From a virus, in the IMG/VR virus record IMGVR_UViG_3300025083_000017, positions 5,293 through 69,292 of that record: a stretch of DNA of 64,000 nucleotides. The stretch is one strand, 5' to 3'. The notes beneath the pieces are model-generated. The model was not told the DNA's origin. It did no database searches and was given only the letters and a program-made list of their open reading frames with translations. The position numbers were made by a program, and so were the translations under genes. Of this stretch, positions 17,881 through 26,643 are shown one piece after another. Position 1 is the stretch's first letter. Every line of letters starts with the position of its first letter.

Positions 17881-17904
17881 CTGGCAATTGCCAGTTACCC
17901 CGCT
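17862..17904 (-). terminator. Intrinsic terminator after hsp20
   Basis: AGCGGGGT-AACTGGC-AATT-GCCAGTT-(GAC)-ACCCCGCT followed by a T-run. Confidence 0.85.
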
Positions 17905-17928
17905 GTCTATGCGACGACGATACTCTAT

Positions 17929-18357
17929 TTAGAGATACTCTTTGCGCTGATGATGTTCTGGAACAACCTTTGTAAGGGTCACTGACAAAAGTCCGTCTTC
18001 AAATACGACGTTGGAGACTTCTGTATCTTCAGCAAGGGTCCAGGATCGCTCAAAGTTTCTTCTAGCCAGACCCTTGTGGATAAACGTCCCTGTCTCGTCA
18101 GATGCCTCTTTTTCCCCCCTGATAAAAAGTTTTCCATACTCGGTGTAAGCATTTACTTCTTCCTTTTTGAATCCTGCTAGTGCGATTTCTAAACGCGTTT
18201 CTGTACTATTTACCTGAACTACGTTGTATGGAGGGTAGTTCTGTGTAGATGCGTTGAAAATTCTGGTAAAGTAATCATCCATACCAATAGAATTTCTAGT
18301 AATCTGATGCATTAGCTGATCCAAATCTGCAGCATTATACTTCGTTAGATTAGTCAT
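17929..18357 (-). CDS. hsp20: Small heat shock protein Hsp20
   Basis: NYPPYN, LEIALAGF, HKGLARRNFERSWTL, GLLSVTL; true start MTNLTKY after AAGGAG (the track start at 18495 is too far upstream). Confidence 0.95.
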   Translation of the reverse strand: MTNLTKYNAADLDQLMHQITRNSIGMDDYFTRIFNASTQNYPPYNVVQVNSTETRLEIALAGFKKEEVNAYTEYGKLFIRGEKEASDETGTFIHKGLARRNFERSWTLAEDTEVSNVVFEDGLLSVTLTKVVPEHHQRKEYL

Positions 18358-18360
18358 TTT

Positions 18361-18410
18361 AAGCTCCTTATTAAAGCGAGTTTGTGTTGTGTGGACCCTT
18401 ACGGCATCCG
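18361..18410 (-). promoter_or_regulatory. hsp20 5' UTR with ROSE-like SD-sequestering hairpin
   Basis: CUCGCUU-UAAU-AAGGAG with bulged G; upstream hairpin GGAUGCC-GUAA-GGGUCC; late promoter TATAAATA at 18414-18421. Confidence 0.6.
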
Positions 18411-18428
18411 ATGTATTTATAGCGCAAC

Positions 18429-18512
18429 AAAAAAAGTAGATACAGTATAAACCGTATCTACCTATAAGGGTTTCCGACTTTTGTAGAGACCGCACGAAAG
18501 GAGTCTCACACT
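18429..18512 (-). ncRNA. Candidate ~80 nt small RNA
   Basis: ATAAATA at 18513-18519, hairpin GAGAC...GTCTC, single-stranded GTCGGAAACCC, then 11-bp terminator stem plus T7; no credible ORF. Confidence 0.5.
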
Positions 18513-18519
18513 TATTTAT

Positions 18520-18684
18520 TCAAGACATAAAAAAAGAGGGTGTGGAAACCCTCCTGTCGTTATTTGGATTTTTGGGGTCAAAGTCAGGATCATAGTCATC
18601 TTCTCTCGGATCTATATGGGAATCCCACCAAAAGTATTGGCATTGATCTAATCGTAAATGACGTAGTGGTTTACTGAGTTTCAT
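18520..18684 (-). CDS. Possible 54 aa protein after regA (MKLSKPLRHLRLDQCQYFWWD...)
   Basis: Manual translation; TAATG coupling to regA; the 3' end runs through a terminator. Confidence 0.45.
   Translation of the reverse strand: MKLSKPLRHLRLDQCQYFWWDSHIDPREDDYDPDFDPKNPNNDRRVSTPSFFMS
18529..18553 (-). terminator. Intrinsic terminator of the regA operon
   Basis: GAGGG-TTTCCACA-CCCTC followed by T7. Confidence 0.7.
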
Positions 18685-19121
18685 TAACCCTCCTCTTCGG
18701 TTTTACCTCTCTTACCAATATTATATTTTTGCTCCAGAATCCATTCTTGTTTGTCCTTATAAGACAGAACTTTAATTTGATTCAGTGGTGCAATATCAAG
18801 AATTGAATCTTCATTGACTATCGTAATGAGTCCCCAATCAGCAAGAAGCTTAGTAATACGATTCCTACGCTGAACATCGTTAATAGTAAGATTAGCGTAT
18901 TTACCATCTAGAGCAAACAACTCTTTGAAGTGAACGATAAAGTACTTACCCTGTTTATGAAGGATATGACATGATTGATACAACTTCTTTTCTTTTCTAG
19001 AAGCAACACCAATGCGAGTCAGGGTTTCTCTGACTTTAAGAAAGTCATCAGGTTCATTTAATCGGATCTCAACCATTTGGTCTTGAGACCAATCTACCTG
19101 AGGTTCAGCAGTCTGATTCAT
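18684..19121 (-). CDS. regA: Translational repressor RegA
   Basis: PDDFLKVRETLTRIG, LYQSCHILHKQG, HFKELFALDG. Confidence 0.97.
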   Translation of the reverse strand: MNQTAEPQVDWSQDQMVEIRLNEPDDFLKVRETLTRIGVASRKEKKLYQSCHILHKQGKYFIVHFKELFALDGKYANLTINDVQRRNRITKLLADWGLITIVNEDSILDIAPLNQIKVLSYKDKQEWILEQKYNIGKRGKTEEEG

Positions 19122-19504
19122 TTTTTTCCACCAGTGTCAAGTCGTTGTTTGATAAAATCAATTTGTTCATTAGATAGTATTTTCAGTACCTGAGATGCTT
19201 TCTCATTACTATAACCATAGTATTGTTTGACAAACTCTAAATCTGATACCTTTTCCTTTCTAAGCCAAGGAGAGAATCTCTTCCTCTTTCTCAATATATT
19301 TAGATAAAAATTATATTGCATATCTTTATCTAGGAAATGATACTTATTCATTTCATTAGCAAACAAGACACAATCCAAGTGACCTGACAAACATTTATTA
19401 ATAATAAAGGGGGGATATTCTTTAACAAGAGTTGAATCTTCTTCGATAAGATTCTCTTTGGTAAAGTTGATTGAATTCAACCAATCCTTCAATTCAGTAG
19501 TCAT
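19118..19504 (-). CDS. gp62: Clamp loader small subunit gp62
   Basis: YPPFIIN, ANEMN, RKRKRFSPW, YYGYSNEKA. Confidence 0.95.
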   Translation of the reverse strand: MTTELKDWLNSINFTKENLIEEDSTLVKEYPPFIINKCLSGHLDCVLFANEMNKYHFLDKDMQYNFYLNILRKRKRFSPWLRKEKVSDLEFVKQYYGYSNEKASQVLKILSNEQIDFIKQRLDTGGKK

Positions 19505-19507
19505 ATA

Positions 19508-19795
19508 TCAGAGAATCAATTTTGAACTTGGGGTTTTGATGGGAGAGAACATCTCTTCATATTTTTCAACTAGTTCGTCATTTACATTGGCAATGTAGAC
19601 AATCCACTTCTTACTAATTTCCAGTTCCTTCTCGGTTCGTTTTAGAAGAGGAGCATAAGGAGCGAAACCAAGTTGTCCATCACCTTGATTAAATGCAACG
19701 ATTGCATTCATGACAATAAGACTTTCATCTTTATCTTCAAGGACTTCTGCCACTACATCTTCACCAGAAGACATACGAAATACTTTAACGTTCAT
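19508..19795 (-). CDS. Hypothetical protein (Sm-like paralog)
   Basis: Probable start MNVKVFRMSSGEDVVAEV; ends ...TPSSKLIL. Confidence 0.8.
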   Translation of the reverse strand: MNVKVFRMSSGEDVVAEVLEDKDESLIVMNAIVAFNQGDGQLGFAPYAPLLKRTEKELEISKKWIVYIANVNDELVEKYEEMFSPIKTPSSKLIL

Positions 19796-19907
19796 AATTT
19801 TGTTCAATATTAATGTTTTGATAATACAAATTGATGGCCATACCACCCATAACCATCCAGTAGATTACAAGCATAGTCATGCCAACTTTGGTTGGAATAC
19901 TTGTCAT
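19785..19907 (-). CDS. 40 aa single-TM membrane peptide (MTSIPTKVGMTMLVIYWMVMGGMAINLYY...)
   Basis: Manual translation; ATGA overlap with the gp44 stop. Confidence 0.6.
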   Translation of the reverse strand: MTSIPTKVGMTMLVIYWMVMGGMAINLYYQNINIEQNYER

Positions 19908-20854
19908 TTGAACTCACACTCAACCATGATCTCGGTGAGACAAGCCAACATATTTATCTCTTGGTCCGCAACGAATCCACTTTGAAACTGATACTTAGCA
20001 ATAATGAGGACAGCAGCAGCAATCCCAGAACCTTCCAAGTGTGTGTATATAGCATCGTAAATACTACGAATAAGTACACTAGGATCATTGTCCAGATTAT
20101 CAACGACCCACTTTCTGACTTTAGAGAAGTCTTTAGCTTTGAGACTCTGGAATAAATTGTCTGTTTTGACATTACTAAATGCTGCAAGAATACCGGTATC
20201 AATCTTTCCACTGACAGAGTATCGTTGTAGTTCATTAAGAACTCGCCTCCAATCAGGAAAGTGTTTCTGAATTAGTTCGACAAGTACTTTCGGATCATAT
20301 TCCACACTCTCCTTCTCAAGTATAGTCCTGAGACGGTTGAAAAACTTGGCTGCAAGTTCCTGTCGTTCCTTTCCCTTAATGGCAAAGTCGATGACTGCAC
20401 ATCGGGAGTGGAGGGGGGCAATGATCTTATTTTTGTAGTTGCAGGTGAAGATGAATCTACAATTGCCAATGAACTCCTCAGTAAACGCCCGTAGGCAGAG
20501 TTGTACATCTGGGGTTGTGTTGTCAGCTTCGTCAATGATAATGATTTTGTGTTTAGCACTTGACGAAAGCGATACGGTCGAAGCAAAATTCTTCGCATTG
20601 TTTCTGACAGTATCAAGGAATCGTCCCTCATCGGATCCATTGATGACATAATAATCTACTCCTAATTCATGACAAAGGGCTTTGGCCACTGTGGTTTTAC
20701 CACATCCAGGTGGACCAGACAAAAGTAGATTAGGGACTTCACCTTTCTCTACAAATTGTTTAAATGTATTCTTAATCCCATCAGGAAGAATACAATCTTC
20801 AATAGTTTGTGGTCGATATGACTCAACCCAAACAAATTCATTACGACTCATCAA
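19904..20854 (-). CDS. gp44: Clamp loader large subunit gp44
   Basis: YRPQTIEDCIL, GPPGCGKTT, IDEAD, LHSRC. Confidence 0.97.
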   Translation of the reverse strand: MMSRNEFVWVESYRPQTIEDCILPDGIKNTFKQFVEKGEVPNLLLSGPPGCGKTTVAKALCHELGVDYYVINGSDEGRFLDTVRNNAKNFASTVSLSSSAKHKIIIIDEADNTTPDVQLCLRAFTEEFIGNCRFIFTCNYKNKIIAPLHSRCAVIDFAIKGKERQELAAKFFNRLRTILEKESVEYDPKVLVELIQKHFPDWRRVLNELQRYSVSGKIDTGILAAFSNVKTDNLFQSLKAKDFSKVRKWVVDNLDNDPSVLIRSIYDAIYTHLEGSGIAAAVLIIAKYQFQSGFVADQEINMLACLTEIMVECEFK

Positions 20855-20987
20855 CTTTCCTCATAATAAAAGAATCACCATTATCAATAAATTCTAACAT
20901 ATCTCCTTCTTTCCATCCAGTTTCCTGGAGTATTTCTTCTGTGAAGGTTAAAATTCCATCGTCACTAACTTTCAAAGTAGTTTTCAT
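20841..20987 (-). CDS. 48 aa AbrB/MazE/SpoVT-type DNA-binding protein
   Basis: Manual translation MKTTLKVSDDGILTFTEEILQETGWKEGDMLEFIDNGDSFIMRKVDES fits the swapped-hairpin pattern. Confidence 0.7.
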   Translation of the reverse strand: MKTTLKVSDDGILTFTEEILQETGWKEGDMLEFIDNGDSFIMRKVDES

Positions 20988-21139
20988 CCAGAGTAATCAA
21001 TAATAAATTTATCTTTCAAGTGCCAGTGAATGTCATCATGCACTTGTTGCATTGCATTGTGTTTGATTGCCCAGTGATCATCATCATCGTTGATGAGGAC
21101 AGTGACTTGGGTTTTCACATCAACTCTAATTACTTTCAT
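20984..21139 (-). CDS. 51 aa His/Asp-rich hypothetical protein
   Basis: Manual translation MKVIRVDVKTQVTVLINDDDDHWAIKHNAMQQVHDDIHWHLKDKFIIDYSG; coupled at both ends. Confidence 0.65.
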   Translation of the reverse strand: MKVIRVDVKTQVTVLINDDDDHWAIKHNAMQQVHDDIHWHLKDKFIIDYSG

Positions 21140-21666
21140 CACACCCACTCAGGTTTACGATCGGGAATACGGAGATAGTTATTTTTTACCCATGGTTTAG
21201 ATGCAACATACATTTTATACTTGGTATAAATGTCAACTGTTGTATCATACTTGAACTCATCAGGTCCAGCAAATATAAAAGGAGTTGTTTCTTTACCAGA
21301 TCTACCAGTAGGATCTCCAGTTGGTAAGATTTCCTTTGCAGCATGTAAGGTATTGAGACATGTGTGTACTTTACCATACCTTTGTGTGTACTCATCACAA
21401 AGGGCAAGACCATGATGTAAAAGCCACTGCCAGTTCATCACAAACTCATTTGCCCAGATGGTGCAAGGGTGGTTACGGAAGGCACCTTTCTCTGTGCTGT
21501 ATGGGGTTCCATCGGCCTTGGGTAAAGTACCGAACCCATGACCCCACTTATCTGAACAGACGATAGCAAGCATCTGACAGGTCTCTAGAGGCATCTTGAC
21601 AATGTGCTTGTCAGGTAGAACCTTGGCGCTCTGCCATGGATTCGAAGAAGTCACGAAGATATTCAT
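21139..21666 (-). CDS. Pyrimidine-dimer DNA glycosylase/DenV-related family protein
   Basis: MNIF..P..SA..LPDKHIVKMPLETCQML, HPCTIW, EY..RYGKVH. Confidence 0.75.
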   Translation of the reverse strand: MNIFVTSSNPWQSAKVLPDKHIVKMPLETCQMLAIVCSDKWGHGFGTLPKADGTPYSTEKGAFRNHPCTIWANEFVMNWQWLLHHGLALCDEYTQRYGKVHTCLNTLHAAKEILPTGDPTGRSGKETTPFIFAGPDEFKYDTTVDIYTKYKMYVASKPWVKNNYLRIPDRKPEWV

Positions 21667-22126
21667 TACTAAAAAATTGCATCAGGTATTGCACACCCCA
21701 GTTTAGTGTGCCTTCAGGAAAAACGTCAACCTCTCGTTCCAAGAGTTTCAATGCTGTTACAATTCTTTCCATTCCACACACTTGTGCAGTGGCTTCAGAA
21801 ATTTTCATAAACTCAGCATAGTCTTTATCACTACCTTTCTTCACACCATTGACATAAAACTCTCTTGCTTGACGCATGAGTTCTTCAGTTTCTGGCAAAA
21901 AAGTAATAGTCTCTTCTCTAAGAGGTATTGCCATGTTCTTAATACATGACATACTAAATTTCATTACCTCTCGGGTTTGTTCAATTGGTAATGCGTGTTC
22001 TAGGCCATCACGGAATGCATATTGAATTACTCCATTAGAACATTCCATGACACGAAGAACAGCAATCTTGTCTAACTCGGAGTCAGGAAGATTACCGTAT
22101 TGTTCTTTCCAGTCAGTCATAATCAA
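21611..22126 (-). CDS. Hypothetical protein
   Basis: 171 aa ORF following gp45. Confidence 0.7.
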   Translation of the reverse strand: MIMTDWKEQYGNLPDSELDKIAVLRVMECSNGVIQYAFRDGLEHALPIEQTREVMKFSMSCIKNMAIPLREETITFLPETEELMRQAREFYVNGVKKGSDKDYAEFMKISEATAQVCGMERIVTALKLLEREVDVFPEGTLNWGVQYLMQFFSNEYLRDFFESMAERQGST

Positions 22127-22788
22127 CCAAAGGTAGAGTCGGGTTCAAGTGCGATGTAGTATTGAACATCGTAGTTCTGATTACTAAAACGAGACAACAA
22201 CTTAGAAGATACAACTACATTATAGTTACCAGGAATAATCTTCAGGTTCTCTTCTTTGAAGTTGAATACAAAGTCAGTATCAGTCTCACCGACAATGATA
22301 GAGAAGTCATTAGAAGTGTCATTCTTCTTGTCACGAGAAACAAGTTTGATAACACCATTCTCACCAATAGCAGATACATCAGGGAGTTGATAAACCGATG
22401 CAGCCTTCTTGAGTTTCTCAAGTTGTTGACTGGTCAGTTCAAAACATACATCCTCAGAAGGAAGTGTAATCTCTTTCTCAGGTGGAGCAACAATTACAGA
22501 AGGGTCAGCAAAGAAATACTTCGAACGTGACTTACCTTCTTTGATGACAACATACTGGTCCCGTTCAAAATCAAGGTCAGGAGAAGAGTGAAGAGACAAA
22601 CCATTCAAGAATTGGTTCAGGTCATAGATACCAAAATCTTTAGGAAATTCTTCAGCAACATTAGCTTCAACCAGGATGTTCTTCATCACTGAGATTGAAC
22701 GCAACTTACTACCTTGCTTGAACAAGATAGATTGATTGATAGAAGAGAAGTTCTTAAGAAGACCAACAGTGGATTCAGACAGTTTCAT
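22123..22788 (-). CDS. gp45: Sliding clamp gp45
   Basis: MKLSESTVGLLKNFSSINQS, FGIYDLNQFL, YYIALEPDS. Confidence 0.97.
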   Translation of the reverse strand: MKLSESTVGLLKNFSSINQSILFKQGSKLRSISVMKNILVEANVAEEFPKDFGIYDLNQFLNGLSLHSSPDLDFERDQYVVIKEGKSRSKYFFADPSVIVAPPEKEITLPSEDVCFELTSQQLEKLKKAASVYQLPDVSAIGENGVIKLVSRDKKNDTSNDFSIIVGETDTDFVFNFKEENLKIIPGNYNVVVSSKLLSRFSNQNYDVQYYIALEPDSTFG

Positions 22789-22790
22789 AA

Positions 22791-23225
22791 TTAAAATGTT
22801 TCGTAGTTACCTTTAGGTTGCTTGTTAATACCAGAAAAATGGTAGAGAAGAATACAATAGTGTATTGCCTTCAGAATGTCCATCTTTGACTTTCCACCCT
22901 TCTTACCGAAGCGGGAAAGATACTTAATAGCATTAGATCTACAGAAAGCTTCTGCGTCACCAATACTATCAATCAGATCGAGTGTTTGAGTCTTAGACTC
23001 TTTAGAAGTATAGTGAGATTGATAAGTCCCTGACAAGTAATCACGAACTTCTTTTAATGCAATGTCTTCGTTGTACTTCCAAAAATGTACTGGTTCAAGA
23101 TTTAATTTAATCTCATTAGATTCGGTCAATTCAATTTTGTCCTCATTAGAAACAAGAGGGGTCCATTCGTACCCCTCCTCTGGTAAAGAATTCATGTGAT
23201 CATATAATAAACTCCATGCGTTCAT
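22791..23225 (-). CDS. DUF3310-like (T7 gp1.7-related) protein
   Basis: HY...AFCRSNAIKYLSRFGKK...DILKAIHY motif; probable start MNAWSLL. Confidence 0.7.
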   Translation of the reverse strand: MNAWSLLYDHMNSLPEEGYEWTPLVSNEDKIELTESNEIKLNLEPVHFWKYNEDIALKEVRDYLSGTYQSHYTSKESKTQTLDLIDSIGDAEAFCRSNAIKYLSRFGKKGGKSKMDILKAIHYCILLYHFSGINKQPKGNYETF

Positions 23226-23229
23226 TCTA

Positions 23230-24309
23230 TCAAGTATCCTCCTCAGTGTCAACTTTCATCTCAAAATCAGCGTCTACTTTATCATAAAGTTCCAAGAAGG
23301 AGGACTTAGTTTCATCATCAAAACGATTGATACAAACTTGAATTGCTTTACTCTTGTCACCAAAGATACTGTAAGCACGAACGATGTGAATCAAACGACG
23401 GGTTGAGATAACATCTTCAATACCACCATCGTAGAATGTCTTACGAATGATATCAGCCCAGTCACAGAGATGCTTACAGAACTGTCGGTCTTCAATACTA
23501 AGGTCTAGAGCAATTCCTTCTAGAATTCTCTGTTCAGTCTTGACCGTTGGATACTCTTGTTCGAGAGTAATACAGAAACGTTCTAAGAATGCCTCATTAA
23601 GAACATTGGTTCCAATAAAACGACCGTCATCGCTGCCTTTACCTTTAGTATTTGCAGTTGCAACAACATTGAATCCCTCCTTGGGTTGTACAAACTTACC
23701 GGTCTTCTTCAAGAAAACACCTTTACCTTCAAGAATAGATTGAAGACATAGGATTTTATTAGATGCCAGGTCAACTTCATCTAGAAGCAACACTGCTCCA
23801 CGTTCCAGAGCCTCGATGACTGGACCGTTATGCCAAACAGTTTCGCCATTAACAAGACGAAAGCCACCAATAAGATCGTCTTCGTCAGTCTCGATAGTAA
23901 TATTGACACGGATTAGTTCTCTCTTGAGTTGGGCACAAGCCTGTTCAACCAAGAAAGTTTTACCATTACCAGAAAGACCCGTGATAAACGATGGATAGAA
24001 TAGACGAGACTGAATAATCTTTTTGATGTCTGTAAAATTACCAAACTTGACGAAGGTATCGTCTTTTGCTGGAACTAGATCTTGTTCTCCTACAGGAGTT
24101 GCAGGAGTTGCGTGATAGGTTTGTTCTAGTTGTTCTTGAACGGTAAGATTCCACTTGCCGCGACCAGTCTTATATTCGTCTAGTTTTTTAGTCACAGTCT
24201 GATAGTTGCAGTCATTCATTGAACACCAGGCACGAAGGTCACCAGAAGTAACATTTTCGCCATACAGTGATTGAAGAGAAGTGACTACGTATTCTTTTGA
24301 TAGTGCCAT
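23230..24309 (-). CDS. cobS: CobS-like/MoxR AAA+ ATPase
   Basis: GLSGNGKT, LLLDEVD, NEAFLERF, ISTRRL; probable start MALSKEY. Confidence 0.88.
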   Translation of the reverse strand: MALSKEYVVTSLQSLYGENVTSGDLRAWCSMNDCNYQTVTKKLDEYKTGRGKWNLTVQEQLEQTYHATPATPVGEQDLVPAKDDTFVKFGNFTDIKKIIQSRLFYPSFITGLSGNGKTFLVEQACAQLKRELIRVNITIETDEDDLIGGFRLVNGETVWHNGPVIEALERGAVLLLDEVDLASNKILCLQSILEGKGVFLKKTGKFVQPKEGFNVVATANTKGKGSDDGRFIGTNVLNEAFLERFCITLEQEYPTVKTEQRILEGIALDLSIEDRQFCKHLCDWADIIRKTFYDGGIEDVISTRRLIHIVRAYSIFGDKSKAIQVCINRFDDETKSSFLELYDKVDADFEMKVDTEEDT

Positions 24310-24337
24310 GATGTATGTGGTGTGGTCAACAAAGCTA

Positions 24338-24392
24338 ATATAGTCCAAAACCACTCGTAACGGTGAGTGGTTGGGACAGTTGTCAATCTGGT
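24338..24392 (-). promoter_or_regulatory. Cyanomyovirus early-type promoter overlapping a hairpin
   Basis: CCAGATTGACAACTGTCCC, then hairpin AACCACTC-N8-GAGTGGTT, then TATATT. Confidence 0.6.
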
Positions 24393-26524
24393 CAGGAGAT
24401 CAGGTTGACGAATTGACTAAGTACTTTTCTATTTAGAGACTTAGCCTTGAGATTTTTGGCAAATGCTGATTTGATTTTTGATTTAGATGCTCCATCATCA
24501 ACTTCAAACTCGGTATCATTATTCAAACCGGTATCTAACATACCAAAGTAGGAAGTATAACCAGAATTTTTAATCTCATAGAACTTTTCTTTACGAACAA
24601 CTTTCATAAGTTCATCACTAACTTCCATGTACCGACGTAGGAAAGGTTTGAATTCATAATTAGAAGCAATACGGATGCCGATAAGATTTACATCAGGAAA
24701 ACTTTCTTTCAAGTCTTTCAATAGAAGTTCTGTGAATTCATAGTATTGACCAGGAACTTTATAAGTGTGTCCAGTCTTACGATTACGAATATAATCACTA
24801 GGACTCATTCGAGCAATAGACATCTTACCACCCATGTAATCACATGTTCTGAACACAGGTAAGTGATTGGCTTCACCATCAGTCAGAATAATAGTATTAA
24901 CTTTTTGAACTCTATTCTTCATTTTAAACTGAGGAATAATCTGATGAAGACAAACAATCGCTTCATTCAAGGGAGTACCAGAAAGAGAAAAGTTCAGTGG
25001 AGGTTCATAGTTTGCATTGAATGAACAAGAATATGCAATTCGATACAAAGACAACATCTGCTTATCAAGTTCTGCCTTTCGTGTATCACTAGTAAAGAAG
25101 TGAAGGAGATTGAAGTCGGGAGAGACTACTAACATATTATCTCTTACATCTTGATATTCAATATCTTCAAATTTAACCCTTGGCATATACCGTTGTTCTG
25201 TATGTCGGTTCTCGATGTAGTTGTTACTGAATGCATATACATCGAATGGAATATTTACTTTCTTACAGAACCAAATCAAATTGAAGAGTTGCTTTATGGT
25301 AGAAAGAAGAGTAGTACCCATAGAACCTGACCAATCAAGAATAAAAATAAGACCATGATTCTTACCATCAGGTAGTACATTTACCTTCTTAAACAAATCC
25401 TCATTGTATTTGTAGGTATGAAGTTTAGTACAATCCAGTACACCAGTCTTTGCAGTCAAAGACCGTGTATATGCATCTGCTGACTTCTTACATTCAAACT
25501 CTTTTACAAGATAGTTGACTTCTTTTTGAGTAGATGATTTAAACTTATTATACTCACTGTCAACATAAGTAAAATCTACTGCCCGTATTTTACGGTATGT
25601 TCGTGAATACTCGTCCCAGTAAGTTTCTTCAGTAGAAAGTTTTGTCCAGTGGTCATCTATCTCTTTATGACATTTTGCATTAGAGATAATAATTTGCTCT
25701 ACATCAACCTCAGGGACCTCATGATATTCAGGATTTCTACCTTGTTCAGTTATACCATTCAGTTCTTGAGTACCTTCATTGAATGTTTGGTCTGTCTGAA
25801 CTTGTGGTTCCTCCTTAACAGTATCCTCACTAGAACCTTCCGTAGAACCTTCTGTAGAACCTTCAACCTCTGGAGTTTCTGTACCGGATGTTTCTTCTTT
25901 CTCTGGTTCACTATCAATAGAACCTTCTTTGTTTTGACTGGTAGGAACATTTTTAACAGTTTCTTGTTCTTCTACCTCACCAATACAATACTTGTAAAGA
26001 ACTTCTGCCGCAAGAACTGCTTCATCGAAAGTTTCTGTTTTACCTACGATGTCTAGAATATCTTTCTCTTCACCATCACCTATAGGCACATTAATGAAGT
26101 TACCGATCTTATAGTAAAGATTGATACGATCAGCAAGATTCATATCTCCAAGGTCTTTATCTCCAAGTTCAAAAAAATCTTGATCTGATAATTCTTTATA
26201 ACCTTTATAGAAACTCTTTGCCAGACCAGGATACCGACGTTTCATCAGTTTCTCAATACGAGCATCTTCAGTGACGTTCACAAACTGTTGAGGAACTCGA
26301 TCTTCCCAATCCCATTCATTAGGTGTATAAAGGGCATGACCCACTTCATGACCTACCAACATATCATATACACTCTCACTGGCCCGTTTCCACATAGGAA
26401 GAGTTAAGACTCTATTCTCAACATCAAATTGTGCGGTTTCAATATTACGATTCTCAACTAAAATATCTTCAGTGGCTAGAAGTTTTGCTAGTTGTGATTT
26501 GATTTCGTAGTTGACCATAGTCAT
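24392..26524 (-). CDS. CobT-like protein: N-terminal HExxH metallopeptidase-like domain plus VWA domain
   Basis: HEVGH..NVTEDARIE, acidic linker, MIDAS LDWSGSM, GTPL, LTDGE; paired with the AAA gene. Confidence 0.85.
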   Translation of the reverse strand: MTMVNYEIKSQLAKLLATEDILVENRNIETAQFDVENRVLTLPMWKRASESVYDMLVGHEVGHALYTPNEWDWEDRVPQQFVNVTEDARIEKLMKRRYPGLAKSFYKGYKELSDQDFFELGDKDLGDMNLADRINLYYKIGNFINVPIGDGEEKDILDIVGKTETFDEAVLAAEVLYKYCIGEVEEQETVKNVPTSQNKEGSIDSEPEKEETSGTETPEVEGSTEGSTEGSSEDTVKEEPQVQTDQTFNEGTQELNGITEQGRNPEYHEVPEVDVEQIIISNAKCHKEIDDHWTKLSTEETYWDEYSRTYRKIRAVDFTYVDSEYNKFKSSTQKEVNYLVKEFECKKSADAYTRSLTAKTGVLDCTKLHTYKYNEDLFKKVNVLPDGKNHGLIFILDWSGSMGTTLLSTIKQLFNLIWFCKKVNIPFDVYAFSNNYIENRHTEQRYMPRVKFEDIEYQDVRDNMLVVSPDFNLLHFFTSDTRKAELDKQMLSLYRIAYSCSFNANYEPPLNFSLSGTPLNEAIVCLHQIIPQFKMKNRVQKVNTIILTDGEANHLPVFRTCDYMGGKMSIARMSPSDYIRNRKTGHTYKVPGQYYEFTELLLKDLKESFPDVNLIGIRIASNYEFKPFLRRYMEVSDELMKVVRKEKFYEIKNSGYTSYFGMLDTGLNNDTEFEVDDGASKSKIKSAFAKNLKAKSLNRKVLSQFVNLIS

Positions 26525-26544
26525 TTCGTTTCCGATAGACATAG

Positions 26545-26600
26545 TATATAACAAAACCCAACCAAAAAATGGATGGGTCGTACAGTTCTATTATTGGCAT
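26545..26600 (-). promoter_or_regulatory. Cyanomyovirus early-type promoter with internal hairpin
   Basis: GCCAATAATAGAACTGTAC, then ACCCATCCA-T4-TTGGTTGGGT, then TATACT. Confidence 0.55.
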
Positions 26601-26605
26601 ATAGA

Positions 26606-26643
26606 CCAATCCCCTTCACTTATTAGGTGAAGGGGATTTTGGT
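26606..26643. terminator. Strong hairpin terminator
   Basis: ATCCCCTTCAC-N7-GTGAAGGGGAT inverted repeat. Confidence 0.75.

Noticed and set aside
18358-18495. N-terminal extension of Hsp20 (track start 18495)
   Set aside because: It crosses a terminator and a late promoter; a strong AAGGAG precedes the ATG at 18357.
23230-26524. CobS/CobT as cobalamin-synthesis auxiliary genes
   Set aside because: No cobN here; an AAA+ plus VWA pair is better read as a MoxR-type chaperone module common in T4-like phages, so not novel.
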